A stretch of 64,000 bases of DNA, from the IMG/VR virus record IMGVR_UViG_3300047325_000150; one strand, written 5' to 3'. Below the pieces are notes generated by a model. The model saw only the letters and a list, made by a program, of their open reading frames with translations. It ran no database searches and was not told the DNA's origin. This document shows positions 20,096-30,516 of the stretch, in pieces (within the stretch, counting starts at the first letter, position 1; the number at the start of each line of letters is the position of its first letter). A program made the position numbers and the translations under genes. The stretch is from a virus.

Positions 20096-20620
20096 TTATA
20101 GTATTCTCTCATGCAAATGTAATAAGTCGAAGATTTTGTCAGATGCATCGGGATTGCCATCTATTACATCATATGGAATAGATTTATCATCTAGAAAATT
20201 TTTAAGTCTTACATCTATCTTTTTAGCTTCGTCTTCGGTTTCTTTTCGTCCGTAGGTCTGATATTCTTTTGTACGATTTAGCAGAATAACGTGATTCTCA
20301 TTTTGATTCCACAAATCTATTACTAATTGTTCATATGATTTAGGATAATTAGGCGGTGCATACATACAGCCAAGAAAAATAGGACTATCGGTTACAACCC
20401 AATCTACTTGATTTCTTAGACGTTCTACTCGGTGATATTGTTTACCAAGTAAGTAAACTTGGTTCATAAGTGCAATATGCCGATTTTCAAAAGAAAGGTC
20501 TTTTGCGTACTCTGTAACCAATTCTACTTTATAATTTGCTATTTTCATCTTAGCAAATAATGCTGCGGCGCAAGTGGATTTTCCGCAACCAGGACCGCCT
20601 GTTAAACCTATTACTTTCAT
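20096..20620 (-). CDS. P-loop nucleoside/nucleotide kinase-like protein
   Basis: N-terminal IGLTGGPGCGKST Walker A. Small (174 aa), CoaE/NadR-kinase-like layout. Confidence 0.55.
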   Translation of the reverse strand: MKVIGLTGGPGCGKSTCAAALFAKMKIANYKVELVTEYAKDLSFENRHIALMNQVYLLGKQYHRVERLRNQVDWVVTDSPIFLGCMYAPPNYPKSYEQLVIDLWNQNENHVILLNRTKEYQTYGRKETEDEAKKIDVRLKNFLDDKSIPYDVIDGNPDASDKIFDLLHLHERIL

Positions 20621-20651
20621 AATCTAATTATGAAAGAATTCTAAGCATTCT

Positions 20652-20927
20652 TCAATCTAATTCTTTCTGTTCTATTGTATTTTTATCTGATAATATATAT
20701 TCAATCCAATGGTCATCTGTAAACCACGCAGGCGCTGGCATTACATCTGCCTCCGGAACCACTGATAAAGAGTCCGAACCTATTCTTTCAATATTGAGAT
20801 ATTTACCGCACATTCCGGCATATCCGGTATATTTTGATACTCTACCAACAAAACTCCGCCAAAAAATAACATAATCGCCAATTTTAAATTTCGCCAATTT
20901 TTTCATATTGGCATAGCCTTTATACAA
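20652..20927 (-). CDS. hypothetical protein
   Basis: ORF overlapping the next minus-strand gene (coupled). Confidence 0.35.
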   Translation of the reverse strand: MYKGYANMKKLAKFKIGDYVIFWRSFVGRVSKYTGYAGMCGKYLNIERIGSDSLSVVPEADVMPAPAWFTDDHWIEYILSDKNTIEQKELD

Positions 20928-21352
20928 TCAAATACAATTTTTAATCTTTTATCTATTTCTGGAGGTACGAAATCACCAACATTATAGCTTAGTGTAATAT
21001 GAGGTATAAAATCATTTTTTTTATCAACTTCATAATCTAAATGGTATTTTGAATTTAATTCATTTAGTCTATCTGATTTTAAAATCAAAACGAGATTATT
21101 GAATTTATTTATAGTCCAAATCTCTAATCTTTTTATGTCTGCATTAATATATTCTTGTTGAGATTCATTAACTATCATAGCATCTAATTTAGGAAATCTA
21201 CTAACCATTAATGTACAATGTAATCTATTAACATTTACAGGATTTGGTATTTTGAATTCTTCTTGTATTATTTGGAGTTTGTTTACATGAAATTCTGTAG
21301 GATATGCGGCTATCCAAGTTCCATACGGGTGTACAAGTAAATGCTGACTCAT
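20903..21352 (-). CDS. hypothetical protein
   Basis: ORF only. Confidence 0.35.
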   Translation of the reverse strand: MSQHLLVHPYGTWIAAYPTEFHVNKLQIIQEEFKIPNPVNVNRLHCTLMVSRFPKLDAMIVNESQQEYINADIKRLEIWTINKFNNLVLILKSDRLNELNSKYHLDYEVDKKNDFIPHITLSYNVGDFVPPEIDKRLKIVFDCIKAMPI

Positions 21353-21425
21353 AGCAACAGTATGTCTAAAGAAATAATCTTGTCAACATTGTTGACTTAG
21401 AATAAACAGTAAAATACATTGTATC

Positions 21426-21710
21426 ATGCAGATAACCAAATTGTTTCGTAATTTGTTCATTCCAAAACGAGAAGTAATAGTCGAGGTAAGTGATGATTCA
21501 GAAAGTCAAAAAATAATTGATAGATTAGAGCAGCAGTTGATACAATTTGCAAAAGATTATATTGAATTAGAGACAGAGTTATCAAAAGCGTGTAAACAAA
21601 TTTCTGAGTTAGAGGATATAGCAGAAGCAGCAGGTAATATATGGGCAGGAAGAGCAGCTAGAGAAAAGCTAGCATCTTTAATTGCAAATTATAATATCAA
21701 AAAAAGATAA
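21426..21710 (+). CDS. hypothetical coiled-coil protein
   Basis: Heptad-like Gln/Glu/Leu-rich sequence. Confidence 0.35.
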   Translation: MQITKLFRNLFIPKREVIVEVSDDSESQKIIDRLEQQLIQFAKDYIELETELSKACKQISELEDIAEAAGNIWAGRAAREKLASLIANYNIKKR

Positions 21711-21737
21711 GTAACAGTTTACGTTAAGGATTTATAT

Positions 21738-22244
21738 ATGATATACCAAGCCCCGGCTATCTTGCCAACAAAATTTACAAATCCTATGATTTTTATTGCG
21801 GGAGGTATTAGTAAGTGTCCACAATGGCAGAATGAATTGATACTACATATAGATACCTCGGTGTTTGATGTAGTTAATCCTCGTCGTGTTGGTGATCTTG
21901 CAAAAGAAGGTGATGATGCACGTAAACAAATTATATGGGAGCATAGTGCATTAGAATTATGTGATCATGTTGTATTTTGGTTTCCAAAAGAGACATTGGC
22001 TGTAATATCAATGTTTGAATTAGGCAAAATGTTGGAGAAAGCAATTAAAAAACCCATCAAATTAACAATAGGATATGATCCTGCATATGAAAGAAAATTT
22101 GATTTAGAAGTGCAAACAAAACTAGTAAAAGATATTATTAAAGCAAGAAAAGGCATTAACCATATTAATTCAGTTGTTCATATATTTGACGGATGGAAAA
22201 AATTTGTGGCATATATAGAAGATCAATACGGTACTAATGTCTGA
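21738..22244 (+). CDS. nucleoside 2-deoxyribosyltransferase-like protein
   Basis: IFIAGGIS near the N-terminus. WEHSALELCDHVVFWFP matches the catalytic Glu context of the Nuc_deoxyrib_tr family. Confidence 0.45.
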   Translation: MIYQAPAILPTKFTNPMIFIAGGISKCPQWQNELILHIDTSVFDVVNPRRVGDLAKEGDDARKQIIWEHSALELCDHVVFWFPKETLAVISMFELGKMLEKAIKKPIKLTIGYDPAYERKFDLEVQTKLVKDIIKARKGINHINSVVHIFDGWKKFVAYIEDQYGTNV

Positions 22245-22281
22245 TTGACAATAATACCTTTAAAAGGTATTTTATATAAAT

Positions 22282-22357
22282 GCCTTGTTGGTCTAGATGG
22301 ATGGGCCTTTGGATTCTAACCCAACTGAGATCGGATCGATACCGATACAAGGCACCA
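22282..22357 (+). tRNA. tRNA-Arg (anticodon TCT), CCA encoded
   Basis: Acceptor GCCTTGT/ACAAGGC (7 bp), D stem GTCT/GGGC (with G-U pairs) and A20 in the D loop. Anticodon arm TTTGG-ATTCTAA-CCCAA with one U-C mismatch. T arm ATCGG-ATCGATA-CCGAT, then A73 and CCA. Preceded by TATAAATG. The N-terminus of the called ORF 22280..22582 is spurious. Confidence 0.6.
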
Positions 22358-22374
22358 ATTTGTAAGGATTTTGA

Positions 22375-22582
22375 TATGTTACATTTTCTTATATGGACTG
22401 TTTTAGGCTTTGTGCCTGCGGCAGTACTTGTTACGATTAAACAGAAAAATACAAGTAAATATTGGTATATTCCAACGTTGATTATTTCGATGTTTTTTGG
22501 CCCATTTTATGGGTTGGTTTGTTTATGGTCGTTTATAACTGGTAAAACATTATTTACATCAAATCCAAAATCATTTTTTTAA
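22375..22582 (+). CDS. small two-TM membrane protein
   Basis: Internal ATG at 22375 with an AAGGA RBS. Hydrophobic helices. The upstream part of the ORF overlaps the tRNA. Confidence 0.45.
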
Positions 22583-23018
22583 AATATGATAGCACAAATA
22601 AAAGATTCTATGCTTTCTGCACTAGCGGAAGGGTTAGATTCGTCTGATTGCAAGAGTGTCGTTACCTATTGCTAGAAGAGTTATAGGTTGGCAAATGCCA
22701 ACTGATATAGATGATTTTGCTAAAAAGTTAGTAAAATTCTCTATATCTAAAATGCCGTTTGCGCCACCAGATAAATTGGCAGATATATAATGAAAAAAGT
22801 TCCTAAAATAAAAACTATAGAATTATCACGATAACGTTTGCAACAGAAGGCACTTGTCATAGAATTGAAAAGAAATTCATTACGAAATTTCTTTTCTTTA
22901 AAATAAAAAAATGGCGATTTTTAGATATAACTTATTCGTTAGAATTAGCAGAAAAAATTATTGACAAAGATAAAGATAAAGATAAATTTGTACCAATCGA
23001 AACAATAAGGTATTACTA

Positions 23019-23318
23019 ATGGTAAAAGGTTCTTATCAAATTCCATTTGACAAAGATGGTAATCAACTAGATTATATCTGGGGAATGAATGAATTATTAG
23101 ATAATTTTGTATTCAACGATACATTGTCATTTAAAAAGTATGGCCGCGGAAGATCATCAATTACTTTTGAATTTATACGAGAGTCAAATGGAAAAACAGT
23201 TTCTATGTTTGTCTCTGATTTTTCTGCAATTGTAAAAGAATTAGTAGATGGGAAAATTTCGGGCGAGTTTACTTTTGTCAAAAAAGGCGCAAATTTTGGA
23301 TGCAAGAAGGTTAAATAA
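23019..23318 (+). CDS. hypothetical protein
   Basis: ORF with an AAGG RBS. Confidence 0.4.
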   Translation: MVKGSYQIPFDKDGNQLDYIWGMNELLDNFVFNDTLSFKKYGRGRSSITFEFIRESNGKTVSMFVSDFSAIVKELVDGKISGEFTFVKKGANFGCKKVK

Positions 23319-23510
23319 TTATGGATTATAACTTATTATTATCGTGGGTTAAGGCTGATATAATACGTGCGACAAAATTTTTTTTCAATCCAATTAAACA
23401 TCTTCGAATATTATTTGGAAAAAAAGAATAAGTTCGGCGAATAACAACCGCAAAGTTTATGGATTTTGTAGAATCTAGACAAAATACGAACTTGGTAATA
23501 TAATAGCCAT

Positions 23511-23903
23511 ATGGAAGATATAATCTTTGCAATGATAGGTTGGATGAAAACCGATACCAACGATAAGATATGGGGTTGGTGTACCAATAAAACTCATGCA
23601 CACCCATTAAATGAAAATCGTTCTCCAAGATCAATGGCCTGGTCAGAAGGTTATATTCAATTCCGAATTAATCGTAACTTTTCATCTTGGAAACAAGACG
23701 CACCCGCATATACTTTTTGGGGTAAACGCGACGGTTCTATATCGTTTAAAACATTGCCAATTGGTCATGATTTAGAGAAATTAATGCAAGGTAAAATCGA
23801 AAAAGGTTACAATATCATTGATAAATCACAACTAGTCGAAATATCGCCCAAATTTGATGAAATTTTTAATTTAGCATTCGTTATGCATAAATTAAAACAA
23901 TGA
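23511..23903 (+). CDS. hypothetical protein
   Basis: ORF only. Confidence 0.4.
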   Translation: MEDIIFAMIGWMKTDTNDKIWGWCTNKTHAHPLNENRSPRSMAWSEGYIQFRINRNFSSWKQDAPAYTFWGKRDGSISFKTLPIGHDLEKLMQGKIEKGYNIIDKSQLVEISPKFDEIFNLAFVMHKLKQ

Positions 23904-24046
23904 TAAGTAAAACACACACTTTTTTAAAGGAGACTTGTACCCGCTACAATGGGTAAATTCGGCGCATAATAATGCCCCGTTTTAGAAATGAAGAATGAAG
24001 TGAGGATAGTCCTCACCGCTCAACAAATCTCGAAAGGAGAATAAAA

Positions 24047-24430
24047 ATGCGTAGAATGTTGGTAGCATTATCATTGCTATTCGTACCATTGAAAGCATAC
24101 GCGGCTGCAACTTCAACTCAAGTTGGTAATGCATCTTTTTACAGTCATTATGAAGACGGTAGAAAAACAGCTAGCGGAGAAAGATATAATCCATCTTTAC
24201 TTACTGCCGCAAGTAAGACTTTTCCAATTGGAACAGTACTAAAAATCATCAATATAAAAAATGGAAATTCAGTAATAGTTCGTGTAAATGATAAAGGACC
24301 GTATGTGCGGTCTAGAGTTATTGATTTAAGCGAATGCGCCGCAAGATGCTTGGGTATGTTGCATTCTGGTGTTGCAAGGGTTAAGATTGTTGTAGTTATT
24401 CCTAAAAGAATACATCATTATGCAGTTTAG
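24047..24430 (+). CDS. secreted RlpA-like double-psi beta-barrel (DPBB) protein, putative peptidoglycan-active
   Basis: Signal peptide. GNASFYSH..GRKTASGERYNP..TAAS..PIGT..NGNSVIVRVNDKGPY..RVIDLSECAA matches the RlpA/3D-domain consensus. RBS GGAGA. Confidence 0.7.
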   Translation: MRRMLVALSLLFVPLKAYAAATSTQVGNASFYSHYEDGRKTASGERYNPSLLTAASKTFPIGTVLKIINIKNGNSVIVRVNDKGPYVRSRVIDLSECAARCLGMLHSGVARVKIVVVIPKRIHHYAV

Positions 24431-24522
24431 CAGGGCGACTCTAAAGAAAGAATTTGCGGCATAGTTGAGTTAGATGGACAGGTTGATAATCAATTCTGTC
24501 CATCCTCTACAAAATCTTTTTT

Positions 24523-25246
24523 TTACCATGATGCATTACCTGCAAAGCCATTATCTATTAGTTCTTTCTGACAAAGAAGAATTTTCTTTTTGAATGAAAT
24601 ATCTTCCATCTTTTTATATTTACATAAAATATTTCTGCGTTTTATCGTTAAGATAACGTAAGACATGAACATATCCGTCGTTGTGACTTCCGATCTCTCC
24701 CAATCCATTGAATGAGGAGAGATTATAACAATCTCTACAGTTTAAATCTTTACCTATAACTTTTGGACTGCCAATTAAATCTGTGATATAAGTGTTGGAA
24801 CAGTGATATGATCCCATAACTTCGTGCGGGCCGCCAACTAAAGTATCAAGGTTATTTCCGGAACAATTAAAATCATTTTGAACATAACTTGGGGAACCTT
24901 TCAATGATGATAATTTAGAATATACGAAATTCCCATCAACTTCTCCCATTTCAAAGTCAAACGGCAACATGCCGTACTCATGAGAAGCATAAATTTCATC
25001 CAGCATATTGGGCGAAAATACTGTATCACCTTTTATTTTAACCATACCGCGTAATACAGTTACTTTATTGTCTGGAAAATAAAATTGTACAAGTCTAGTT
25101 TTTCTTTTGTCATATTCAGATTTAGATTCATTGTCTTTTCGGTATGGATAGAAAAAGTCTAGCATCTTTGTTATATGGTCGTAAGAATCATATACAAATT
25201 CAATGCTAGCGTCGTCTATCCATTTTTTATCAATATGCATGATCAT
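24523..25246 (-). pseudogene. frameshifted member of the LRR-like paralog family
   Basis: The N-terminal 208-aa ORF (24620..25246) and the family C-terminal tail ILLCQKELIDNGFAGNASW (24523..24708) lie in different frames. Confidence 0.5.
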
Positions 25247-25497
25247 GATACAAATTTATAGCATATGACCAACCAGAAATCAATTGCATATTGCAATTGT
25301 TATTGACAAAACATTTTTAAGAGCACATAAATAAAACATGATCAATACATAGGTTTCATTTAAATTCCTCAGCCAAAACATCCTATATTTGGATGTCTTT
25401 TGGCATATCAAGAAAGTCCGCAGTTATACAATCTCAATAGGATGTAACTGCGGACTTTCTTTTGATCTAAAATCCAAAATTATCAGGAGTAAAACAA

Positions 25498-26121
25498 ATG
25501 CTTGAACTAGCATGTAAAACCGCCGTCTTCTATTTTAATAAGAAACATTTAGAAGACCAAACTATTCCAATGTGGATAGTAAAAACACGAGGACGTTCTT
25601 ACTATGTAAACCATGTATCTAGTAATATGCCATGGTCAACTAAAGAATCACCTGACCACAGGTCTACAAAAGGGAGTATTAAATTTAAGAATGCATATTT
25701 AACGATAGATGATGACAACAATGCAGAATTCTCACCAATTACAGATTCATTGCTCGCTCGTGTACGAGCAATTACTAACAAATATACTCGCATATTAATA
25801 CCATCTTCTTACAAAAACACGATCTCTACATATATGAAAGACTGCAATATTAAACATACTCCATTTAAAATAATAAGAGGTAGTTGTGGTTCGTCATATA
25901 CATTATGTGATATTTTAAATGAAGATGAAGCAATGCAGATAAAACTCTGTAATCATCGCGATGCAGTTAGAATTTTAATGCCAAATGAACCGATGTATAA
26001 AGTATACGACGATCCGGAGTTAATGGCTAATTTTGATGCCGACGATTATTATAGTGACATAGATGACGAATATGTTGATGTTGATAGTGATGACGAAGTT
26101 ATTGGGAACGGCGGAAGATGA
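25498..26121 (+). CDS. hypothetical protein with acidic C-terminal tail
   Basis: ORF with a GGAG RBS. Confidence 0.4.
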   Translation: MLELACKTAVFYFNKKHLEDQTIPMWIVKTRGRSYYVNHVSSNMPWSTKESPDHRSTKGSIKFKNAYLTIDDDNNAEFSPITDSLLARVRAITNKYTRILIPSSYKNTISTYMKDCNIKHTPFKIIRGSCGSSYTLCDILNEDEAMQIKLCNHRDAVRILMPNEPMYKVYDDPELMANFDADDYYSDIDDEYVDVDSDDEVIGNGGR

Positions 26122-26430
26122 TCTTATCCGCACATGCCAAAGGAATTGCAGCAGCCGAGTTAGCATACTTTGCTGCTGAGCAAGCACTACAAGATGCTAA
26201 AGATGATGCTGCTTGGCGAGACGTACATCCAATTGATTTTATTTACAACGGTATATCCCCAATTGAAGCCGCCATTCAAACATATCTATCTGTGATAAAT
26301 TTCAATTCACATCGGAAAGGAGAATGACCGTGACTTAGGTTAAAATACGATATCCGCCATAAACGCTTTGCCATTATTAAACAACCGTAAACTAGTAAAT
26401 TAGTAAATTCAAATATAAAGGTAAAAGACA

Positions 26431-26880
26431 ATGTCAAAAGCATTTTTAAAGATCAAAATCAAGTCACTTGCAGCCGAGGCCGTAATTATCCGTAAGGAAG
26501 AAAACAAGTATCGAAACTATTCAAAATCAAAATTCAACATTGTTGGAGATTCATTGCAAGAGGTAATGGCGGAAGGCAATGAAAAAGCTTCTAATAGAAA
26601 TAAAGCCAGAGATATTTGGCTCAGTCTTAAGAGTCACCGTAAGTTTGATGTTCGCAACGAGTCTCGTTCTGCACTATTAGCTTACGGTTATATCAAAAGT
26701 ACACCATACGCAAAGATGGAATCGAAATGCTATAACCCACCTGATTTAAAGCGTATTGCTCAGCTGGTGTTAAAGTTTGATCCAGATAGCAGAAAGAGTC
26801 TTGGTAACATAACATGCGCGGCGGATCAAAATACTGCAATGGTTAAGAAGTTAGAAGAATGGTCTGCACCGTCTGAATAA
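26431..26880 (+). CDS. hypothetical basic protein
   Basis: ORF with an AAGG RBS. Confidence 0.4.
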   Translation: MSKAFLKIKIKSLAAEAVIIRKEENKYRNYSKSKFNIVGDSLQEVMAEGNEKASNRNKARDIWLSLKSHRKFDVRNESRSALLAYGYIKSTPYAKMESKCYNPPDLKRIAQLVLKFDPDSRKSLGNITCAADQNTAMVKKLEEWSAPSE

Positions 26881-26972
26881 TTTTAATGTAATTGGGTCCT
26901 GGGAAACTGGGACCCACCTAAAAAACTTATCAAAATTAACCACTCTGATAAATACTATTACAAATTTATCAG

Positions 26973-27440
26973 GTGGAAACGATGGGATCACTTATTAGCG
27001 GAATAACAGGATTCTTTGGTAACATCTTTAGCGGTGTTACTAGCTATATAATAGCTGGCTTAGTTGTATTACTAGTTGCGTTAGGGGTAGTTGGTTATTT
27101 GTATTTTGAACACTCTCAGTCGCAAATGCAAATTCTTGCGGCTAATGTTGCAAAATTAACCGTTGCTAATCAGGAAGATCAAACAACTATTACTGCACAA
27201 GCAAATTTTGCTAAATCGCAAGCAACCCAAATTACATCGTTGCAGCAATTAGAACAACAATCACAATCGGCATATAATGCGTTAGAAGCTAAATTACGAA
27301 GCGAAAATATAACACAAGCCGGACAATCAAATGCTCCTGCATTAGAAACTCAAATTAATTCTGATGCAGCAACATTATTAAATGGTATTACGGCGGCTAC
27401 GCAAATAGGTGTAACAACTACTACTGGAGCAAAACAATGA
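26973..27440 (+). CDS. i-spanin-like protein (N-terminal TM plus periplasmic coiled coil)
   Basis: TM helix IIAGLVVLLVALGVVGYLYF followed by a Gln/Ala-rich coiled coil. Overlaps the downstream lipoprotein gene (ATGA). Confidence 0.5.
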   Translation: METMGSLISGITGFFGNIFSGVTSYIIAGLVVLLVALGVVGYLYFEHSQSQMQILAANVAKLTVANQEDQTTITAQANFAKSQATQITSLQQLEQQSQSAYNALEAKLRSENITQAGQSNAPALETQINSDAATLLNGITAATQIGVTTTTGAKQ

Positions 27441-27817
27441 AATTTATAAAATCTCTTCCATTATTTTTGTTCTTAATCGGATGCGGAGCTCAGCCTATTA
27501 CAGTTAATTCAATACAGACTCAATTACAAGTAACTGATCCGGCACCTCCTGCACCGGTTAATATGGCTGTACCCCATTTTTATGTCATAACCAACAGCAA
27601 TATAACAAGTTTTATGGCAAACCAGGCAACAGTACAAGGTACATCTAATCCAGTAGTTATTGCAGTAACGCCAAGCGATTATGAAAATATAATGTTAAAT
27701 TATTCAGATTTAGAAAGATATTTTAAACAAGAACAGGCTATAAATTCGTATTACCAAACTGCTATAGCTTCTGCACAAAAAGCAGTAGACGATGCTAATT
27801 CCGAGGGGCAAAAATAA
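27437..27817 (+). CDS. o-spanin-like outer-membrane lipoprotein
   Basis: Lipobox LFLIGCG. Pro-rich DPAPPAPV segment. Small size. Confidence 0.5.
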   Translation: MKFIKSLPLFLFLIGCGAQPITVNSIQTQLQVTDPAPPAPVNMAVPHFYVITNSNITSFMANQATVQGTSNPVVIAVTPSDYENIMLNYSDLERYFKQEQAINSYYQTAIASAQKAVDDANSEGQK

Positions 27818-28137
27818 TGTGCGATAATACCATTGCGACAGATTCGAATGTATCTGTTACATCAACCTCACCAAATTTTATTCAACAATTAATTTCTGGA
27901 CCACAAGGCGATACAAGAGCTGATGAAATGGCTATTTTGGCACTATGTATAGGCGGATGTTTTGTTTTAACTTTAGTTGTTGTTTTGATTATGGAAGTGT
28001 ACCTGGTGCTGTTTAAAAATTTTGTATGGGATCCTGTAACATTTTCAGAAGCAATGGTAGGTTTATTTGGTACAACAGGTGCTGTACTTTCTGCACTTGC
28101 CTATTCCATGGGCAAAAAAGCACAATTTGGTGGATGA
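27817..28137 (+). CDS. small membrane protein (possible holin or membrane partner)
   Basis: Central TM helix LALCIGGCFVLTLVVVLIMEV and a second hydrophobic segment. ATG overlaps the upstream stop. Confidence 0.3.
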   Translation: MCDNTIATDSNVSVTSTSPNFIQQLISGPQGDTRADEMAILALCIGGCFVLTLVVVLIMEVYLVLFKNFVWDPVTFSEAMVGLFGTTGAVLSALAYSMGKKAQFGG

Positions 28138-28458
28138 TTGACTTATACTTAAAGTGATACTAACGTAGCTTTAGTGATTTCATAACTCGTTATCCTTCTT
28201 ACTTAATATGGTTTTTTGCGGCGGCGTTGGTTTGTCGGTGACTATTTTGATTGATTCCAATACGCTGCGTTTTGGCGCGTTTTCATTCGCGACCAGTATA
28301 TAGAAAACGGTTTTTAACTTAGAAAAATATATTCAAAATATATTAGAAAAATAATAGATTTGGTAGTTATTTAGAAAATATATTCAGAAAGAATTAACCA
28401 AAACATACAGTTGACTCACTTAACTATTAAGTCTAAAAGACTATAATTAGGAGATTAC

Positions 28459-29928
28459 ATGAAAGATAAAACTGCAACTAAAACGTCTAAGAAAGAATCA
28501 CGTCCATATCAAGGAAATGATGCCATTAAGCTTTATTTGCGTGAAATGAGTAAAGCTCCTCTATTAAATCATGCGGCGGAAATTGAAATTTCGCAGACTA
28601 TAGAGAATAGCAAAAAAATAATTGTCGATACTTTATTTGGCATTCCATTTACTGCCAAATTGATTGCATCCTGGATTGAAGATGTAAAAACAGGAAATAC
28701 AGCAGCAGATATTATTTTTGATGTTGATATCTCGGAAGAATCTGGCCCAAGTTTAGAATTTATTAAATCACTTGATTCTGTACATGCGGTTTGTCAAAAA
28801 TATTTTGAAGATACGACAAATGCTGAAGTAAAAGCAGATCTTATCAATCAGTTTAACGAACTGCCGCTTAATCCTAAAGCGTTAGACCAGCTAGTTGAAC
28901 AATTATCTAGTATCAATTATAAATTAATTTCGTGTGATTCGGCTATGATGAAGCTTGCAATGAAGAGCGGAATTAAACGAGAAGAATTTTTGCAACGTTA
29001 TATTGGTAACGAGGATATGGCCTGGCTTGCAAAATGGAATGATCCAAAGTGGCGTGATTTCTCTGATAAGTATAGCAACGAAATACAGAAAATAGTTGAT
29101 GACATTAAGTTACATGCCGATAGCGCAGGACTTAGTGTTACTGAATTACGAGTTGCTACTAAAACATTGAGAACTCAAACAAAAATTAAGGTAGCAGCTA
29201 TTGATAAAATGGTAATATCTAATTTACGATTGGTAGTCAGTGTTGCAAAAAAATATAGTAAAAACAATCAAACTCAATTATTGGATCTTATTCAAGAAGG
29301 CAATATTGGCTTAATTAAAGCTGTTGAAAAATTCAAATGGGAGATGGGTTTTAGATTTAGCACTTATGCAACCTGGTGGATTCGACAAGCAGTTATTAAA
29401 TCGTTGAACGAGGGTAGTAAGACTATTAAAGTGCCGTCGCATGTAATGGATGCGATTAAAAAAATCAATCAAGCAATTGCACATCATGTACATACACATG
29501 GTATAGAACCAACTGATAGCGAATTAGCTGCCTTAGTCGAAATGCCGACAGAAAAAGTAGCAAGAATGCTGCGAGTAGCAAGAGATCCTATTAGCCTTGA
29601 ATCTCCGGTTGGTGGCGATGGCGACCAAGACGAAGGGACCATTGGTCGCTATTTAGAAGATACAAATAGCGAAAATGCGTTTGAGGCTATTAGCGAAGCT
29701 GATAAAGTAAAAGTTGTAAGTGATGCATTACAGACTCTTTCAAGCCGCGAAGAACGTGTATTACGTATGCGATTTGGTATCGGTACTATGGAAGAAAAAA
29801 CTTTAGAAGAAATCGGTAATAAATTTAAAGTAACACGAGAGCGAGTTCGACAAATAGAAACAAAAGCATTAGAGCGGTTAAAACACCCAAATAGACTTAA
29901 AGATTTGGGAGCAGCTCTGAGAGAATAA
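28459..29928 (+). CDS. RpoD-like (group 1/2) sigma-70 family sigma factor
   Basis: Region 2 [37 protein letters not shown], region 3, and region 4.2 [36 protein letters not shown]. Confidence 0.85.
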   Translation: MKDKTATKTSKKESRPYQGNDAIKLYLREMSKAPLLNHAAEIEISQTIENSKKIIVDTLFGIPFTAKLIASWIEDVKTGNTAADIIFDVDISEESGPSLEFIKSLDSVHAVCQKYFEDTTNAEVKADLINQFNELPLNPKALDQLVEQLSSINYKLISCDSAMMKLAMKSGIKREEFLQRYIGNEDMAWLAKWNDPKWRDFSDKYSNEIQKIVDDIKLHADSAGLSVTELRVATKTLRTQTKIKVAAIDKMVISNLRLVVSVAKKYSKNNQTQLLDLIQEGNIGLIKAVEKFKWEMGFRFSTYATWWIRQAVIKSLNEGSKTIKVPSHVMDAIKKINQAIAHHVHTHGIEPTDSELAALVEMPTEKVARMLRVARDPISLESPVGGDGDQDEGTIGRYLEDTNSENAFEAISEADKVKVVSDALQTLSSREERVLRMRFGIGTMEEKTLEEIGNKFKVTRERVRQIETKALERLKHPNRLKDLGAALRE

Positions 29929-30158
29929 TGGACTTAACTCATTCGGTTGCGGTTGATACATACTATGATACATTTTTAAATAAATCCTCTAACCTGGGAG
30001 ATTATATTTCTGGTGCATTAGATCTAGAATTTCTTATTCAAATTTGGCTTAATACTCGGTGTAGTGGTAAATTTGAATTTGTATTGAGTAAAGGCAAACA
30101 AATGCTTTGTTTTGAACAAGTAGAGGATTATACCGCATTTTGCCTAATTTGGTGCTAA
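29928..30158 (+). CDS. small Cys/Trp-rich protein, paralog A
   Basis: C-terminal FCLIWC resembles the tails of the next two ORFs. Confidence 0.35.
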   Translation: MDLTHSVAVDTYYDTFLNKSSNLGDYISGALDLEFLIQIWLNTRCSGKFEFVLSKGKQMLCFEQVEDYTAFCLIWC

Positions 30159-30168
30159 ATATGTCATC

Positions 30169-30516
30169 GTGGTCATTACCTATGCTAAAAAATTAAGGCT
30201 AGATATTACTAAATTTTCTTCGGCAGATTTAAATGACGAAGCGGTATTGATAAAAGATTGGTATAAGAATCACCAGTTTTTGTATCATTATATATTAGAT
30301 CGTTCTTTAGATTGGAAGGTATATGAATCTTATCATGTAATTCCGCGTGCTAATTGGTGCAAATTACGTTGCGAATCAAGTTGGCGGTATGATTGTATGA
30401 GGGCTAAGAAAGACTTAAATAATAATTGGAGACATTGTACATATGGCACTAATATATTATTTTGGGCATTTAGCTCTATAAATGATTTAGTGAGTTTTAC
30501 ATTGACATGGGAATAA
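30169..30516 (+). CDS. small Cys/Trp-rich protein, paralog B
   Basis: NWCKLRCESSW and a tail FTLTWE. Confidence 0.4.
   Translation: MVITYAKKLRLDITKFSSADLNDEAVLIKDWYKNHQFLYHYILDRSLDWKVYESYHVIPRANWCKLRCESSWRYDCMRAKKDLNNNWRHCTYGTNILFWAFSSINDLVSFTLTWE

Noticed and set aside
26895-26918. GGGTCC...GGGACCC hairpin after ORF 26431..26880 as a terminator
   Set aside because: A stem is present but there is no T-run on the plus strand, so it is too weak to annotate confidently.
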